From Vicinamibacteria bacterium (lineage in GTDB: Bacteria > Acidobacteriota > Vicinamibacteria > Vicinamibacterales > CAVVIG01): a DNA stretch of 38,699 nt. Numbering within the stretch: position 1 is the stretch's first letter; each line of letters begins with the position of its first letter. Location of the stretch: the NCBI GenBank assembly GCA_041484265.1, contig JBGPHH010000003.1, positions 1 to 38,699 of the forward strand, in the 5' to 3' direction. This document shows, piece after piece, positions 16,907-25,223 of the stretch. The translations under genes and the position numbers were made by a program. The notes beneath the pieces are model-generated. The model made no database searches and was not told the DNA's origin. It saw nothing but the letters and a program-made list of their open reading frames with translations.

Positions 16907-19852
16907 TTATCGCAGGGGCTTCAGGATCAGAATCTGGAGATTATACGACCCGACCGTCTGATATCGGGCCGGCAGCAGGCTCCTGCCGAAGTCGGCACGG
17001 AGGATCGTATTCTTGGGCGCCCGGAAATTGACCGCGATGCCGAGCCCGGTAATCGGCTGCCAGCTGGCGTCGATCGAACGGTCACGGCCCCAGGCCCGCT
17101 CGAGGAAGAGGTCGAGCCGATACTGCTCGAGAATGTTCAGGGAGTAGGAGGCCCGCGCCATCGCCAGGTCGCCGAAGCGGACGCCGGACGCCGGCACGCC
17201 GTGGATGCGGGTGTCATCGAAGAGCCCGAACTGGTACTTGGAGAATCGATCGAGGTCGTTCCCGCCGAACCAGGCACCGTTCAGATGAATCTTCTGGAAC
17301 ACATTGAAATAAAAGTCGCGTGACAAACTGGCGCTGTACTTTTCATAGCTCTGCTGTTTCGAGCTGTCCGGGAGCGTACCGTCGGAGGCCGACGGCGTGC
17401 CCCACGCACGCCACGTGACCCGACCAAACCGGGTGCCGCTCAGGAGCAGGCTGTACCCGCCGCGCCGGTACTCCCACGACAGGCCGGTTCCGTTGGTCAC
17501 GGTGCTCGACGGAAGCGTAAACGCGTCGCTCGTGGTCGTGTCGTGCACGAAGGCGTCGAAACGGAACTGATACTGCGCGGTCACCTTCTGAAACGGCGTG
17601 TACTGCCATCCGACGTTGAGGCCGGTCGACAGCGGCCAGGTCAGCACGCGCTCGCCCTGACGCTCGGCCGTCGCGTCGTAGATCCGATCGCTCGACGGCA
17701 CGCCGATGCCAAAGAAGTCGACGCTGGCGTCAAACGGCGTCGACCCGAGCTTGGGCCGCTGAATATTCCCGGCGGCCAGCACGCCGGCAAAGAGCAGCGC
17801 GAGCTGCGAATTGGGCCCGCCGAAATTGAAGTCGAGGTAGTTGATCCCAAAGATAGGCAGCGGGAACGCGTACGAAGGATCGAGCGTCACGCCCATGGCC
17901 ATCGCCCTGGCTCTTTGCGTGGCGCCGTCGCTCGTCACGCGCGCCCCGCCCTCCTTCACGTAGTAACGCAAACCTCGATCGGTCTCGCGGAACATGATCC
18001 GGTCGCTCGACCGCGCCGCGCCCCGTTGCGCCTCGAAGTCGGTCTCGTTCACGTGCACCTCCTCGAACGTGACGCTCTTCTCGACAAGCAGATTGCGCCC
18101 GGCAATCAGCATGATCTGTCGTGCGGTGAGACGGCTCAGCAGATGCACCGGCTGGCCGTTGACCATCACCGGCGGCGCGTACTCCTGAATCTCCTCATTC
18201 GAGACCACCGGGGCGGGCAGTCCACTCTGTACGGCTTGAACGCGGATGCGCGCGAAGGTCTGCCGATCGATCCAGACGGTGCCGCGGTAAAGCGACGGGT
18301 CGCTCCTGACCGGCTCGAACCGTACGACGTAGCAGTCGTATCCGGCGACGCGGTCGCTGCCGTCCAGGCGATACCGGTACCCCTCGTCGAACCGCAGCTG
18401 CAGGGGCAATGACAGCACCTTCTCCGGCTGCAGCAGCGGAAACGGCGGTCGATCGGCTCCCCAGCGCGACCCGTTGACCGAGAAGGACAGCTCCTCCCAC
18501 TCCACCTCGGTCCCTGCCACGAAGTACCGGTTTTCGCTGACGACGTCGTAGCCGGGATCGGCGGCCGTGGGACGGAAATGCTGCTCCATCCGGGCGTGTG
18601 CGACGTAGTTCCGCACGAGCCCATCCTGCACGCGCTGACGCGCCTGGTGACGGGCGATGATCTCATCGACCGACAGGCCGCGGTCGGCCGTCACGCGGCT
18701 GCGCTCGCCGAACACGTCGATCGCACCGCGACTGAAATCAAACAGCATGGGTCCGCCGGAGAGCGGTGCACGCAGGCGCGTCGTGCGTGTCGAGGCATCA
18801 CGGGAGAATCCCTCGACCGCTCGCTCGGCGCCGGCCATCAGGTCGTACACGACCGGCGTGCCCTCGATGGTGAGCCGAATCGAAACATCGAGCGGCTCAG
18901 CGCGCCCGTCTCCCCAGTACGCGAGCAAGGTACCGAACGTCTGGTTGTCGAAGAGTAGTCGGTGCGGGATCGTGCGGCTGGCATCGGCCCCATCCACCGA
19001 CAACCGCAGGGCCGCGGCCGAATCTTCCAGGTCCGCGACGTCGTGTGTCAGCAGGATCGCGACCGGCGCCACCGCCTGAAGGGACGGGACCAGCGCCTCG
19101 TCGCCGACGCAGGCGAAGAGTGCGACCTTCGAGCCCGCGAACCGCAGGATCGCGTCCGTCACCGCCCGCTTGCTATCGGCGATACCCGGCCCGGTGGCCA
19201 GCGTCACGACCAGCGCGGCGGTCGGGTCCACCCGCGAGAGCCACGCGGCCGAACGCTCAGCCTCGGCGGCTGGAATTGACAACAGATCGACGTACGGCGC
19301 CAGATCGCCGGTGTAGATCTCGGAGCGACTGACTTCGCTCACCATCCGGTCGCCGCCGATGGCGACGCGGATCGCGGCCCCCGTCGTCGCGCGCGCTTCG
19401 GTGGACGCGAGCCGCACCGCGTACGTCGCAAGCGGCGCCGGCTGATCGCCGACGATGATTTCGAGGATCGTCAGCGCGGCTGCGTGGCGGGCCAGAATCT
19501 GACCGAGCGTAACGCGCCACGCTTCGACGTCTTCCACGCGGGCCGGGGCGGGCACAGCGAGCCAGATCGGTATCTGACGGCCGGCCAGTTCCGTCAACGA
19601 CTCATCGAGCCCGGAGCCGGTCTCGAGTCCGGACGCCCCGGAAGCAACGACCCGGACGGCGACTCTGAAGGGTAATGTTCCCGCCTCCTCGAGAATCCGG
19701 GCGGCCGTTGTCGCAGCGCCGGCCTCAATGGCGATGCGCACGGGAACGGTCTCGCTGCCGGGCCCTCGCTGGCCGAACGCGAACGAGGCCGAGCCCGCAA
19801 TCGCGCTCATCACGACCGTGAGCGCGAAGCAGGCGGCAGGACGGAGGCTCAC
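16907..19852 (-). CDS. Large secreted/outer-membrane protein (~980 aa): unknown N-terminal domain, LolA/RseB-like middle, probable C-terminal beta-barrel
   Basis: GTG 19852 overlaps the deacetylase stop; signal-peptide-like N-terminus. YRYRLDG..RVAGYDCYVVRFEP...RGTVWIDRQTFARIRVQ resembles lipoprotein-sorting folds. The C-terminal ~330 aa show aromatic/alternating beta-strand patterns. Confidence 0.6.
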   Translation of the reverse strand: MSLRPAACFALTVVMSAIAGSASFAFGQRGPGSETVPVRIAIEAGAATTAARILEEAGTLPFRVAVRVVASGASGLETGSGLDESLTELAGRQIPIWLAVPAPARVEDVEAWRVTLGQILARHAAALTILEIIVGDQPAPLATYAVRLASTEARATTGAAIRVAIGGDRMVSEVSRSEIYTGDLAPYVDLLSIPAAEAERSAAWLSRVDPTAALVVTLATGPGIADSKRAVTDAILRFAGSKVALFACVGDEALVPSLQAVAPVAILLTHDVADLEDSAAALRLSVDGADASRTIPHRLLFDNQTFGTLLAYWGDGRAEPLDVSIRLTIEGTPVVYDLMAGAERAVEGFSRDASTRTTRLRAPLSGGPMLFDFSRGAIDVFGERSRVTADRGLSVDEIIARHQARQRVQDGLVRNYVAHARMEQHFRPTAADPGYDVVSENRYFVAGTEVEWEELSFSVNGSRWGADRPPFPLLQPEKVLSLPLQLRFDEGYRYRLDGSDRVAGYDCYVVRFEPVRSDPSLYRGTVWIDRQTFARIRVQAVQSGLPAPVVSNEEIQEYAPPVMVNGQPVHLLSRLTARQIMLIAGRNLLVEKSVTFEEVHVNETDFEAQRGAARSSDRIMFRETDRGLRYYVKEGGARVTSDGATQRARAMAMGVTLDPSYAFPLPIFGINYLDFNFGGPNSQLALLFAGVLAAGNIQRPKLGSTPFDASVDFFGIGVPSSDRIYDATAERQGERVLTWPLSTGLNVGWQYTPFQKVTAQYQFRFDAFVHDTTTSDAFTLPSSTVTNGTGLSWEYRRGGYSLLLSGTRFGRVTWRAWGTPSASDGTLPDSSKQQSYEKYSASLSRDFYFNVFQKIHLNGAWFGGNDLDRFSKYQFGLFDDTRIHGVPASGVRFGDLAMARASYSLNILEQYRLDLFLERAWGRDRSIDASWQPITGLGIAVNFRAPKNTILRADFGRSLLPARYQTVGSYNLQILILKPLR

Positions 19853-20727
19853 GCTTCGGCCGAAGCAGCCGGCACAATTCGTCCAATGGGACCGAAGTGG
19901 CCGCCGGCAAGGATGGTGCGAAGCCGATCGGCGAATCCGCCGAGGCGGAAGTAGTGGGCGAAGTGGAGGCGGGCAGGCAGTCGCACGCGTGGCGGGTCGG
20001 GATCGACTTCCCACGGGTGCACCGTGAGCACGGCGGGCTGACCGTGCCGGTTCGCCCGTTCGATCGCGTCGAGCACCCGGCGTGGCGAGCTCATGCGCAG
20101 TCCCCAGCCCCAGCCGAGGGGCATCACCTGTCCGAACCGGTCGGCCACGAGCGGCGGCACCTCGACGATCGGCCCCGCTGCCGTCTGCCGCACGTGCGGA
20201 TACCGCGGAAAGCGGAGCGATCCGACCATCGTCAACGGGGCCATACTCGCGTCGAGTCGAAAGCCCTCTTCAACGAGCACGTCGAGCGCCCAGAGCGAAC
20301 GGTCGTTCAGGGACCATTCGGGCGCCCTGAACAAGGACACATTGCCGACGCCGGCGGCCCTGAGCGCCTGCACGCTCGCCCGGAGGTCGCGCCTGAACGC
20401 CTCACCGTCGAGCTCGTAAACCCGCTGGTGCCTGTGGCTATGCGATCCGATCTCGTGACCCGCGTCGCGCACCGCCTGCACGAGTTCTGGAAACCGCTCG
20501 GCGACCCATCCCACGACAAAGAACGTGGCGCAGACGTTGGCCCGATCGAGCGCGTCGAGCAGCCATCGCGTGGTCGACTCGACTCGCGAGGGGAGCGTCG
20601 CCCAACGTTCGAACCGGAGCGGCTCGACACCGCATACGTGGAACCACTCTTCGAGATCGACGGTGAAGGCGTTCTGCGGCTCGCCAGGTCCGGCCAGGGG
20701 CGGAGCCGGCGACGATTCCGCGGTCAT
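19849..20727 (-). CDS. Polysaccharide deacetylase (CE4) with DUF3473-like C-terminus
   Basis: FTVDLEEWF, ATFFVVGWVAE, HEIGSHSHRH, FRAPEWS, HPWEVDP. Confidence 0.88.
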   Translation of the reverse strand: MTAESSPAPPLAGPGEPQNAFTVDLEEWFHVCGVEPLRFERWATLPSRVESTTRWLLDALDRANVCATFFVVGWVAERFPELVQAVRDAGHEIGSHSHRHQRVYELDGEAFRRDLRASVQALRAAGVGNVSLFRAPEWSLNDRSLWALDVLVEEGFRLDASMAPLTMVGSLRFPRYPHVRQTAAGPIVEVPPLVADRFGQVMPLGWGWGLRMSSPRRVLDAIERANRHGQPAVLTVHPWEVDPDPPRVRLPARLHFAHYFRLGGFADRLRTILAGGHFGPIGRIVPAASAEA

Positions 20728-20999
20728 GCGGGCTCTGTGCTGCCCTGCGCTCTAATGTACTCAGCGATGGCATCGACCGAGCGCAGCACCTTCATCCCGG
20801 TCTCTTCGTCTCGGATCGCGACGCCGAACGAACGCTCGATCTCCAGTACCAGTTCCAGCACGTCGATGGAGTCGAGCCCGAGGCCGCCCTCGAACAACGG
20901 GGTCGCATCGCCTATTTCTTCCCAGGCGATGGGAAGCCGGAGGCTGCGCACGATACCCTGTTTGATCTGCACCTTCAGCGGGTCAGCCGTTTCTGTCAT
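20724..20999 (-). CDS. Acyl carrier protein (aryl-polyene-type ACP)
   Basis: PLFEGGLGLDSIDVLEL with the phosphopantetheine Ser; acidic, ~91 aa; alternative GTG start at 21002. Confidence 0.92.
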   Translation of the reverse strand: MTETADPLKVQIKQGIVRSLRLPIAWEEIGDATPLFEGGLGLDSIDVLELVLEIERSFGVAIRDEETGMKVLRSVDAIAEYIRAQGSTEPA

Positions 21000-21013
21000 C
21001 ACGCGTTCCTATG

Positions 21014-21772
21014 TTACAGCAGCCCACCATCGACGCCGATGACCTGTCCGGTGATGTAGCTCGCCGCATCCGACGCCAGAAACGCCACCAGAGAGGCCAC
21101 TTCGCGCGGCGTGCCGGTCCGCCCAAGCGGAACGGACGCGACGAGCGACGACCGCACCTCGGGCGTCACCTTCTTCAGCATGTCAGTCTCGATGAGTCCC
21201 GGCGACACGGCGTTCACCAGGATGCCCTTCGGCGCCAGATCGCGCGACAACGCACGCGTGAATCCCTCGAGCCCGGCCTTGGACGCCGCATACGCTGTCT
21301 GGCCCGGCAGCGGCATCTGCGCACTCGGCGAAGAGATGTTGAGGATGCGCCCCCAGCGGCGCAGCAGCATGCCGCGAACGACTGCTCGGACACACAGGTA
21401 GGCGGCGCGCAGGTTCACGTTGAGCACGCTGTCCCATCGTGCGGTGTCGAGAAACGCCACATGGACGTCGTGGACAATGCCGGCGTTGTTCACCAGAATG
21501 TCCACGGGTCCGAGCTCGGCCGCGACTCGAACAAAGAACTCGTTGACCGCCGCCTCATCTGCGACGTCACACTGCGCCGCCAGCGCCCTTCCGCCACGCT
21601 CTCGAATTGCGCCTTCGAGGGTCCGCGCCGGCGCTTCCTGCTGGTTGAACGCAAACCCGACGGCGGCGCCGCGCTCGGCCAGCAGGTCGACGATGCCGGC
21701 GCCGATGCCGCGGGAGCCGCCGGTGACGACGGCAACGCGGCCCTTCAGAGAAACGTCAGGAGAGTCGGACAC
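21014..21772 (-). CDS. fabG: 3-oxoacyl-ACP reductase (FabG-like SDR)
   Basis: TGGSRGIG, LVNNAG, YAASKAG, NAVSPGLIETDM, YITGQVIGVDGG. GTG start inferred at 21772. Confidence 0.9.
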   Translation of the reverse strand: MSDSPDVSLKGRVAVVTGGSRGIGAGIVDLLAERGAAVGFAFNQQEAPARTLEGAIRERGGRALAAQCDVADEAAVNEFFVRVAAELGPVDILVNNAGIVHDVHVAFLDTARWDSVLNVNLRAAYLCVRAVVRGMLLRRWGRILNISSPSAQMPLPGQTAYAASKAGLEGFTRALSRDLAPKGILVNAVSPGLIETDMLKKVTPEVRSSLVASVPLGRTGTPREVASLVAFLASDAASYITGQVIGVDGGLL

Positions 21773-22970
21773 GGAGCACCACGCTGAACAACGCGCCGCC
21801 GCTGGCGAAGCTGTTGACAAGGACGATCGGTCCAGGAGCCGCGACCGATGCTGACGCCAGGTTCAGCCCTGCCGCGGCCGGATCGGGAACCTCGAGACCC
21901 GCAATCGGCGGCACCCGCCCTGCGCGCCCGCACAGAAATGCCGCGGCACACGACGCGGCGCCCGAGACGCCAGACTCTCCGAGTGCACCCTTCACTGACG
22001 TGACCACCGTGCGTGATCCGGCGAAGAGGGCGTTCAACGCCGCTGCCTCGGTCGCGTCCAGCGTGCGCGTGGCGTTGGCGGATGCGTAGACCACGTCGAC
22101 ATCCGCCGCAGTCAATCCGGCATCCTCCAAGGCCAGCGTCATCGTCCGGACGAGCGCGTCCGGCTTGTCGGGCCAGGCGTTCAACGGCACGGCGGCACCG
22201 GCAGCGGCCGCCCCGAGTATCTGTCCGTGCCGGGAGACCGTGCCACAATCCCGCTCGAGCCACAGACCGAAGGCGCCCTCGCCGAGGACAAAGCCGGACC
22301 GTTCCACATCGAACGGTGCCACTCGACGGGAAAATGTCGGTTCGGCTGACATGACCTTGAAGCGATCGTACGCCTTGAAGAACGTCTCGTAGACGGCGTC
22401 GACGCCACCGGCGATCACGTGCGCGACACGCCCGGCACGCAGCAGCTCGACTCCGGCGACGATGGCGGCGAGACCCGATGCTTCCTTGTGGCTGACGGTG
22501 GCGTTCGGGCCTCGCAGCTTGAACTCCATGCCCGACAGGCTGGCCGCCGCGTTCCCGACGGTGCTTTCAAAAAGGAGCGCCGGCGCGTTGGCCGGGCCGC
22601 CGCTGAAGAGCGCCGCGAGGTACTGCTGTGTCGACTGTCCCCCGGCTGTCCACGTCCCGAGAACCACGCCAGATTGATCGTCGCCATCCGGCTGTGGCGC
22701 GCGTCCGCCATCTTCGAACGCGAGGCGCGTCAGCGCCACGGCATAGACACCCGTGCGGTCGAGCCGTCGCAGCTTCATGGGTGAGATCCACGCGGTGGGC
22801 TCGAAGCCACATGCCTGGGCGGCGATTCGTGTCCGGCAGCCGCCGGTGTCGAACCCGACAATCGGCGCGATCGCGCTGCGCCCTTCGAGAAGCGCGCTCA
22901 CGAAGGCCGCGTGTGTGGTGCCGAACGCGGACACCACGCCGAGACCGGACACGCTGACGGGGGGCTGCAC
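21756..22970 (-). CDS. Catalytically inactive ketosynthase / chain-length factor (CLF)
   Basis: KS fold (VSGLGVVSAFG, PFD..RSGFVLGEGA, NSFASGG) with the triad replaced: HKEASG (Cys to Glu), ASANAT (His lost), LGESG (His to Glu). Start GTG 22970 or ATG 22988. Confidence 0.85.
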   Translation of the reverse strand: MQPPVSVSGLGVVSAFGTTHAAFVSALLEGRSAIAPIVGFDTGGCRTRIAAQACGFEPTAWISPMKLRRLDRTGVYAVALTRLAFEDGGRAPQPDGDDQSGVVLGTWTAGGQSTQQYLAALFSGGPANAPALLFESTVGNAAASLSGMEFKLRGPNATVSHKEASGLAAIVAGVELLRAGRVAHVIAGGVDAVYETFFKAYDRFKVMSAEPTFSRRVAPFDVERSGFVLGEGAFGLWLERDCGTVSRHGQILGAAAAGAAVPLNAWPDKPDALVRTMTLALEDAGLTAADVDVVYASANATRTLDATEAAALNALFAGSRTVVTSVKGALGESGVSGAASCAAAFLCGRAGRVPPIAGLEVPDPAAAGLNLASASVAAPGPIVLVNSFASGGALFSVVLRVRLS

Positions 22971-22978
22971 GGCCGCGT

Positions 22979-22988
22979 ACGTTACCAT
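22979..22988. promoter_or_regulatory. Overlapping divergent -10 elements (probable leaderless promoters) for the CLF operon and lolA-like gene
   Basis: Plus-strand TACCAT lies 6 nt before ATG 22995; minus-strand TGGTAACGT lies 8 nt before GTG 22970. No SD sequences. Confidence 0.45.
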
Positions 22989-22994
22989 GAGCCG

Positions 22995-23672
22995 ATGAGG
23001 CCTCACACGACCGCACGATGGTCGGCCCGGCGGCGACGGACCGTCGCATCGGTCGTCATGGTGTTCGCGGCGGCGGCCCTCCTGACGGCGCAGCGGAAGT
23101 CCGCCGCGGATGATGCCTTCGACTCCCTCTATCGTCACGGATCCGAGATCAACGCGAGCCTCAAGACGCTCACCGCGCGGTTCACCGAGACGACGACCTC
23201 CTCGCTCCTGACGCGTCCGCTCGTCGCGCGTGGCACGCTCGCCGTCGTCCGGCCCTCGCGCGTGATCCTGCGCTACATCGAACCGGACACCCGCATCGTG
23301 CTGATCGATGGCAATCGGATGACGATGTCGTGGCCGAGCCGGAGCATCCGGCAAGTGACCGACATCGGCGCCGCGCAGGGACGCATTCAGAAGTACTTCG
23401 TGAACGGCTCGGTCGAGGACCTGCGGCACGAGTTCGAGATCGACGATCACGGGGCGAGCGACCGTCGCGGCACGTATCACGTGAGCCTGGTGCCGAAGCG
23501 GAAGCAGATTCGCGAGACGCTGGCGCGACTTGACCTGTGGGTGGGTCAATCATCGCTGCTGCTCGAGACGCTGCAGATGACGTTCGCCAACGGCGACACC
23601 AAAGAGATGGCGTTCGAGGACGTGGTGCCAAACGCGTCGATCGACCCGGCCGCGTTTAGCGTCGACCGATAA
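22995..23672 (+). CDS. LolA-like outer-membrane lipoprotein/lipid carrier
   Basis: Signal/TM segment, then LTARFTETTTSSLLTRPLVARGTL..RPSRVILRYIEPD..LIDG, and LETLQMTFANGDTKEMAFEDV..N..IDPAAF. Confidence 0.82.
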   Translation: MRPHTTARWSARRRRTVASVVMVFAAAALLTAQRKSAADDAFDSLYRHGSEINASLKTLTARFTETTTSSLLTRPLVARGTLAVVRPSRVILRYIEPDTRIVLIDGNRMTMSWPSRSIRQVTDIGAAQGRIQKYFVNGSVEDLRHEFEIDDHGASDRRGTYHVSLVPKRKQIRETLARLDLWVGQSSLLLETLQMTFANGDTKEMAFEDVVPNASIDPAAFSVDR

Positions 23673-25134
23673 CCTCTAGCGGGAGCGCGGCCGGTGAGAC
23701 GGCCGGGCGCGCCAGGAGCGCGTGCGCCGACGGCGCGAGATCGTACTCGCGGAGATAGTGCTCCACGTCCATCAGCCGCTGGGTCCGGCGAAGCGCTCGG
23801 AGCAGGAACAGAGCATTCCGCCACTCGACTTCGCGCAGCCACTGGTCCAACCTCTTCCGGCCTTTCAGATTGAGCGCCGAGCGCCGCCACGTCTCGCAGT
23901 ACAGCTCAAAAAACCGGCGCGCACCAAGGGCCGGTTCCCACAGCAGGTGGTGCATGTCGAAATGCGCCCAGCGTGTGGCGCGCAGCCTCGCCTTCATCTC
24001 CTCGAAATAGGCGGTGCCGGGCAGCGGTGTCAGGATCGTGAACCCGGCCTGAAAGAGCTGGTGCCGCTCCACAAAAGCCCAGAGGCGCTCAAAATCGGCT
24101 TCGTTCCACGACAGATCGATGACGAAGTTGCCGGTGACGCCGTACCCGTAGTGCCGCGCGATCTCCACGCCGCGCGCGGTCTCCTCGACCGTTTGGTCCT
24201 TCGTGAGTCCGTCAAGCCCTTCGTTGGTCGCCGCCTCGAGCCCGAAGAAGACGTCGAACGTCCGCGCGAGCGGGCGCCAGGCCTCGAGCAGTTCCGGGTG
24301 CCGCGCCACAAGGTCGACGCGGCTCTGCACCAACACCCACTCCTTCCCGATGCCGCGACGCCTGAGCTCGTGGGCCAGCTCCAGGCTCCGGGACGGATGG
24401 TGCCAGAACAGATCGTCGGCCACGAAGACGTGATCGCCCACCGACGCGAAGTCGCGGCACACCGCATCAACCGATCGTTCGCGTACGACGCGCGCGTGCA
24501 GTTGCCAAATGGAGCAGAACGAACAGCGGAACGGACAGCCGCGAGCCGTCTCGACGAGCCAGGCCGGGCGATGGGCGAAGCACGCGTACTCACGGCGCCA
24601 CGGCGCGACCAGATGCCTCGCGGGGAGCGGCACTTCGTCGAGCGTTAAGGTCCCGGTCTCTCCTGCCGTGCGGACGACGGCGCCGCCTGGGTCTGCCAGC
24701 GCCAGCCCTGGCACCGTGCTCAGCGATCGGCCGCTCTCGAGCGCGTCGCAGATGCCCGGCAGCGCCCGCTCCCCGTCGTCGAGAACGACCGCGGCGACTT
24801 CAGGGACGAGGAATGGGTCTGGATACGCGGCCGCCGTGTGGCCGCCGACCACGATCGGCACGTCGGGAGAACGCTCACGCACGCGCCGCGCGAGCGCCAC
24901 CACGTCGTCGGTCTCGAGCGCGTGCATCGCGGCAATGCCGACGAGCGCCGGTCGCTCCACGCGCATCATGGACTCGAGCGAGCGACTGAACCGCAAGTCG
25001 GCGATCGTCACCCGGTGTCCGCGGGCTTCGAGCGCCGCCGCGATGTACTCCATCCCGAGCGGCTCGATGCGAAAGAACGGCCCGAGGCCGAAGCGTTCGT
25101 TGCCGGGGACCGGACGAAGCAGCAACACGTTCAT
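23656..25134 (-). CDS. Cobalamin-binding radical SAM protein (class B methyltransferase, HpnR-like)
   Basis: N-terminal B12-binding domain (EPLGMEYIAAAL..GH, VVGGHTA), RGCPFRCSFC, VADD, FGLEA, TPLPGT, FDMHH. Confidence 0.88.
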   Translation of the reverse strand: MNVLLLRPVPGNERFGLGPFFRIEPLGMEYIAAALEARGHRVTIADLRFSRSLESMMRVERPALVGIAAMHALETDDVVALARRVRERSPDVPIVVGGHTAAAYPDPFLVPEVAAVVLDDGERALPGICDALESGRSLSTVPGLALADPGGAVVRTAGETGTLTLDEVPLPARHLVAPWRREYACFAHRPAWLVETARGCPFRCSFCSIWQLHARVVRERSVDAVCRDFASVGDHVFVADDLFWHHPSRSLELAHELRRRGIGKEWVLVQSRVDLVARHPELLEAWRPLARTFDVFFGLEAATNEGLDGLTKDQTVEETARGVEIARHYGYGVTGNFVIDLSWNEADFERLWAFVERHQLFQAGFTILTPLPGTAYFEEMKARLRATRWAHFDMHHLLWEPALGARRFFELYCETWRRSALNLKGRKRLDQWLREVEWRNALFLLRALRRTQRLMDVEHYLREYDLAPSAHALLARPAVSPAALPLEVIGRR

Positions 25135-25223
25135 GGCGGGACGTGAATGTAACACACCCATGCGGCTGCTATACTTCGCGGCGCGAGGGCCCAGGGCTCC
25201 GCCATTCCGCTGTGGCTTTCTCG

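Noticed and set aside
22989-23549. 187-aa N-terminal extension of the CLF ORF, suggesting a fusion
   Set aside because: It is antisense to the LolA-like gene; KS homology starts at about 22970.
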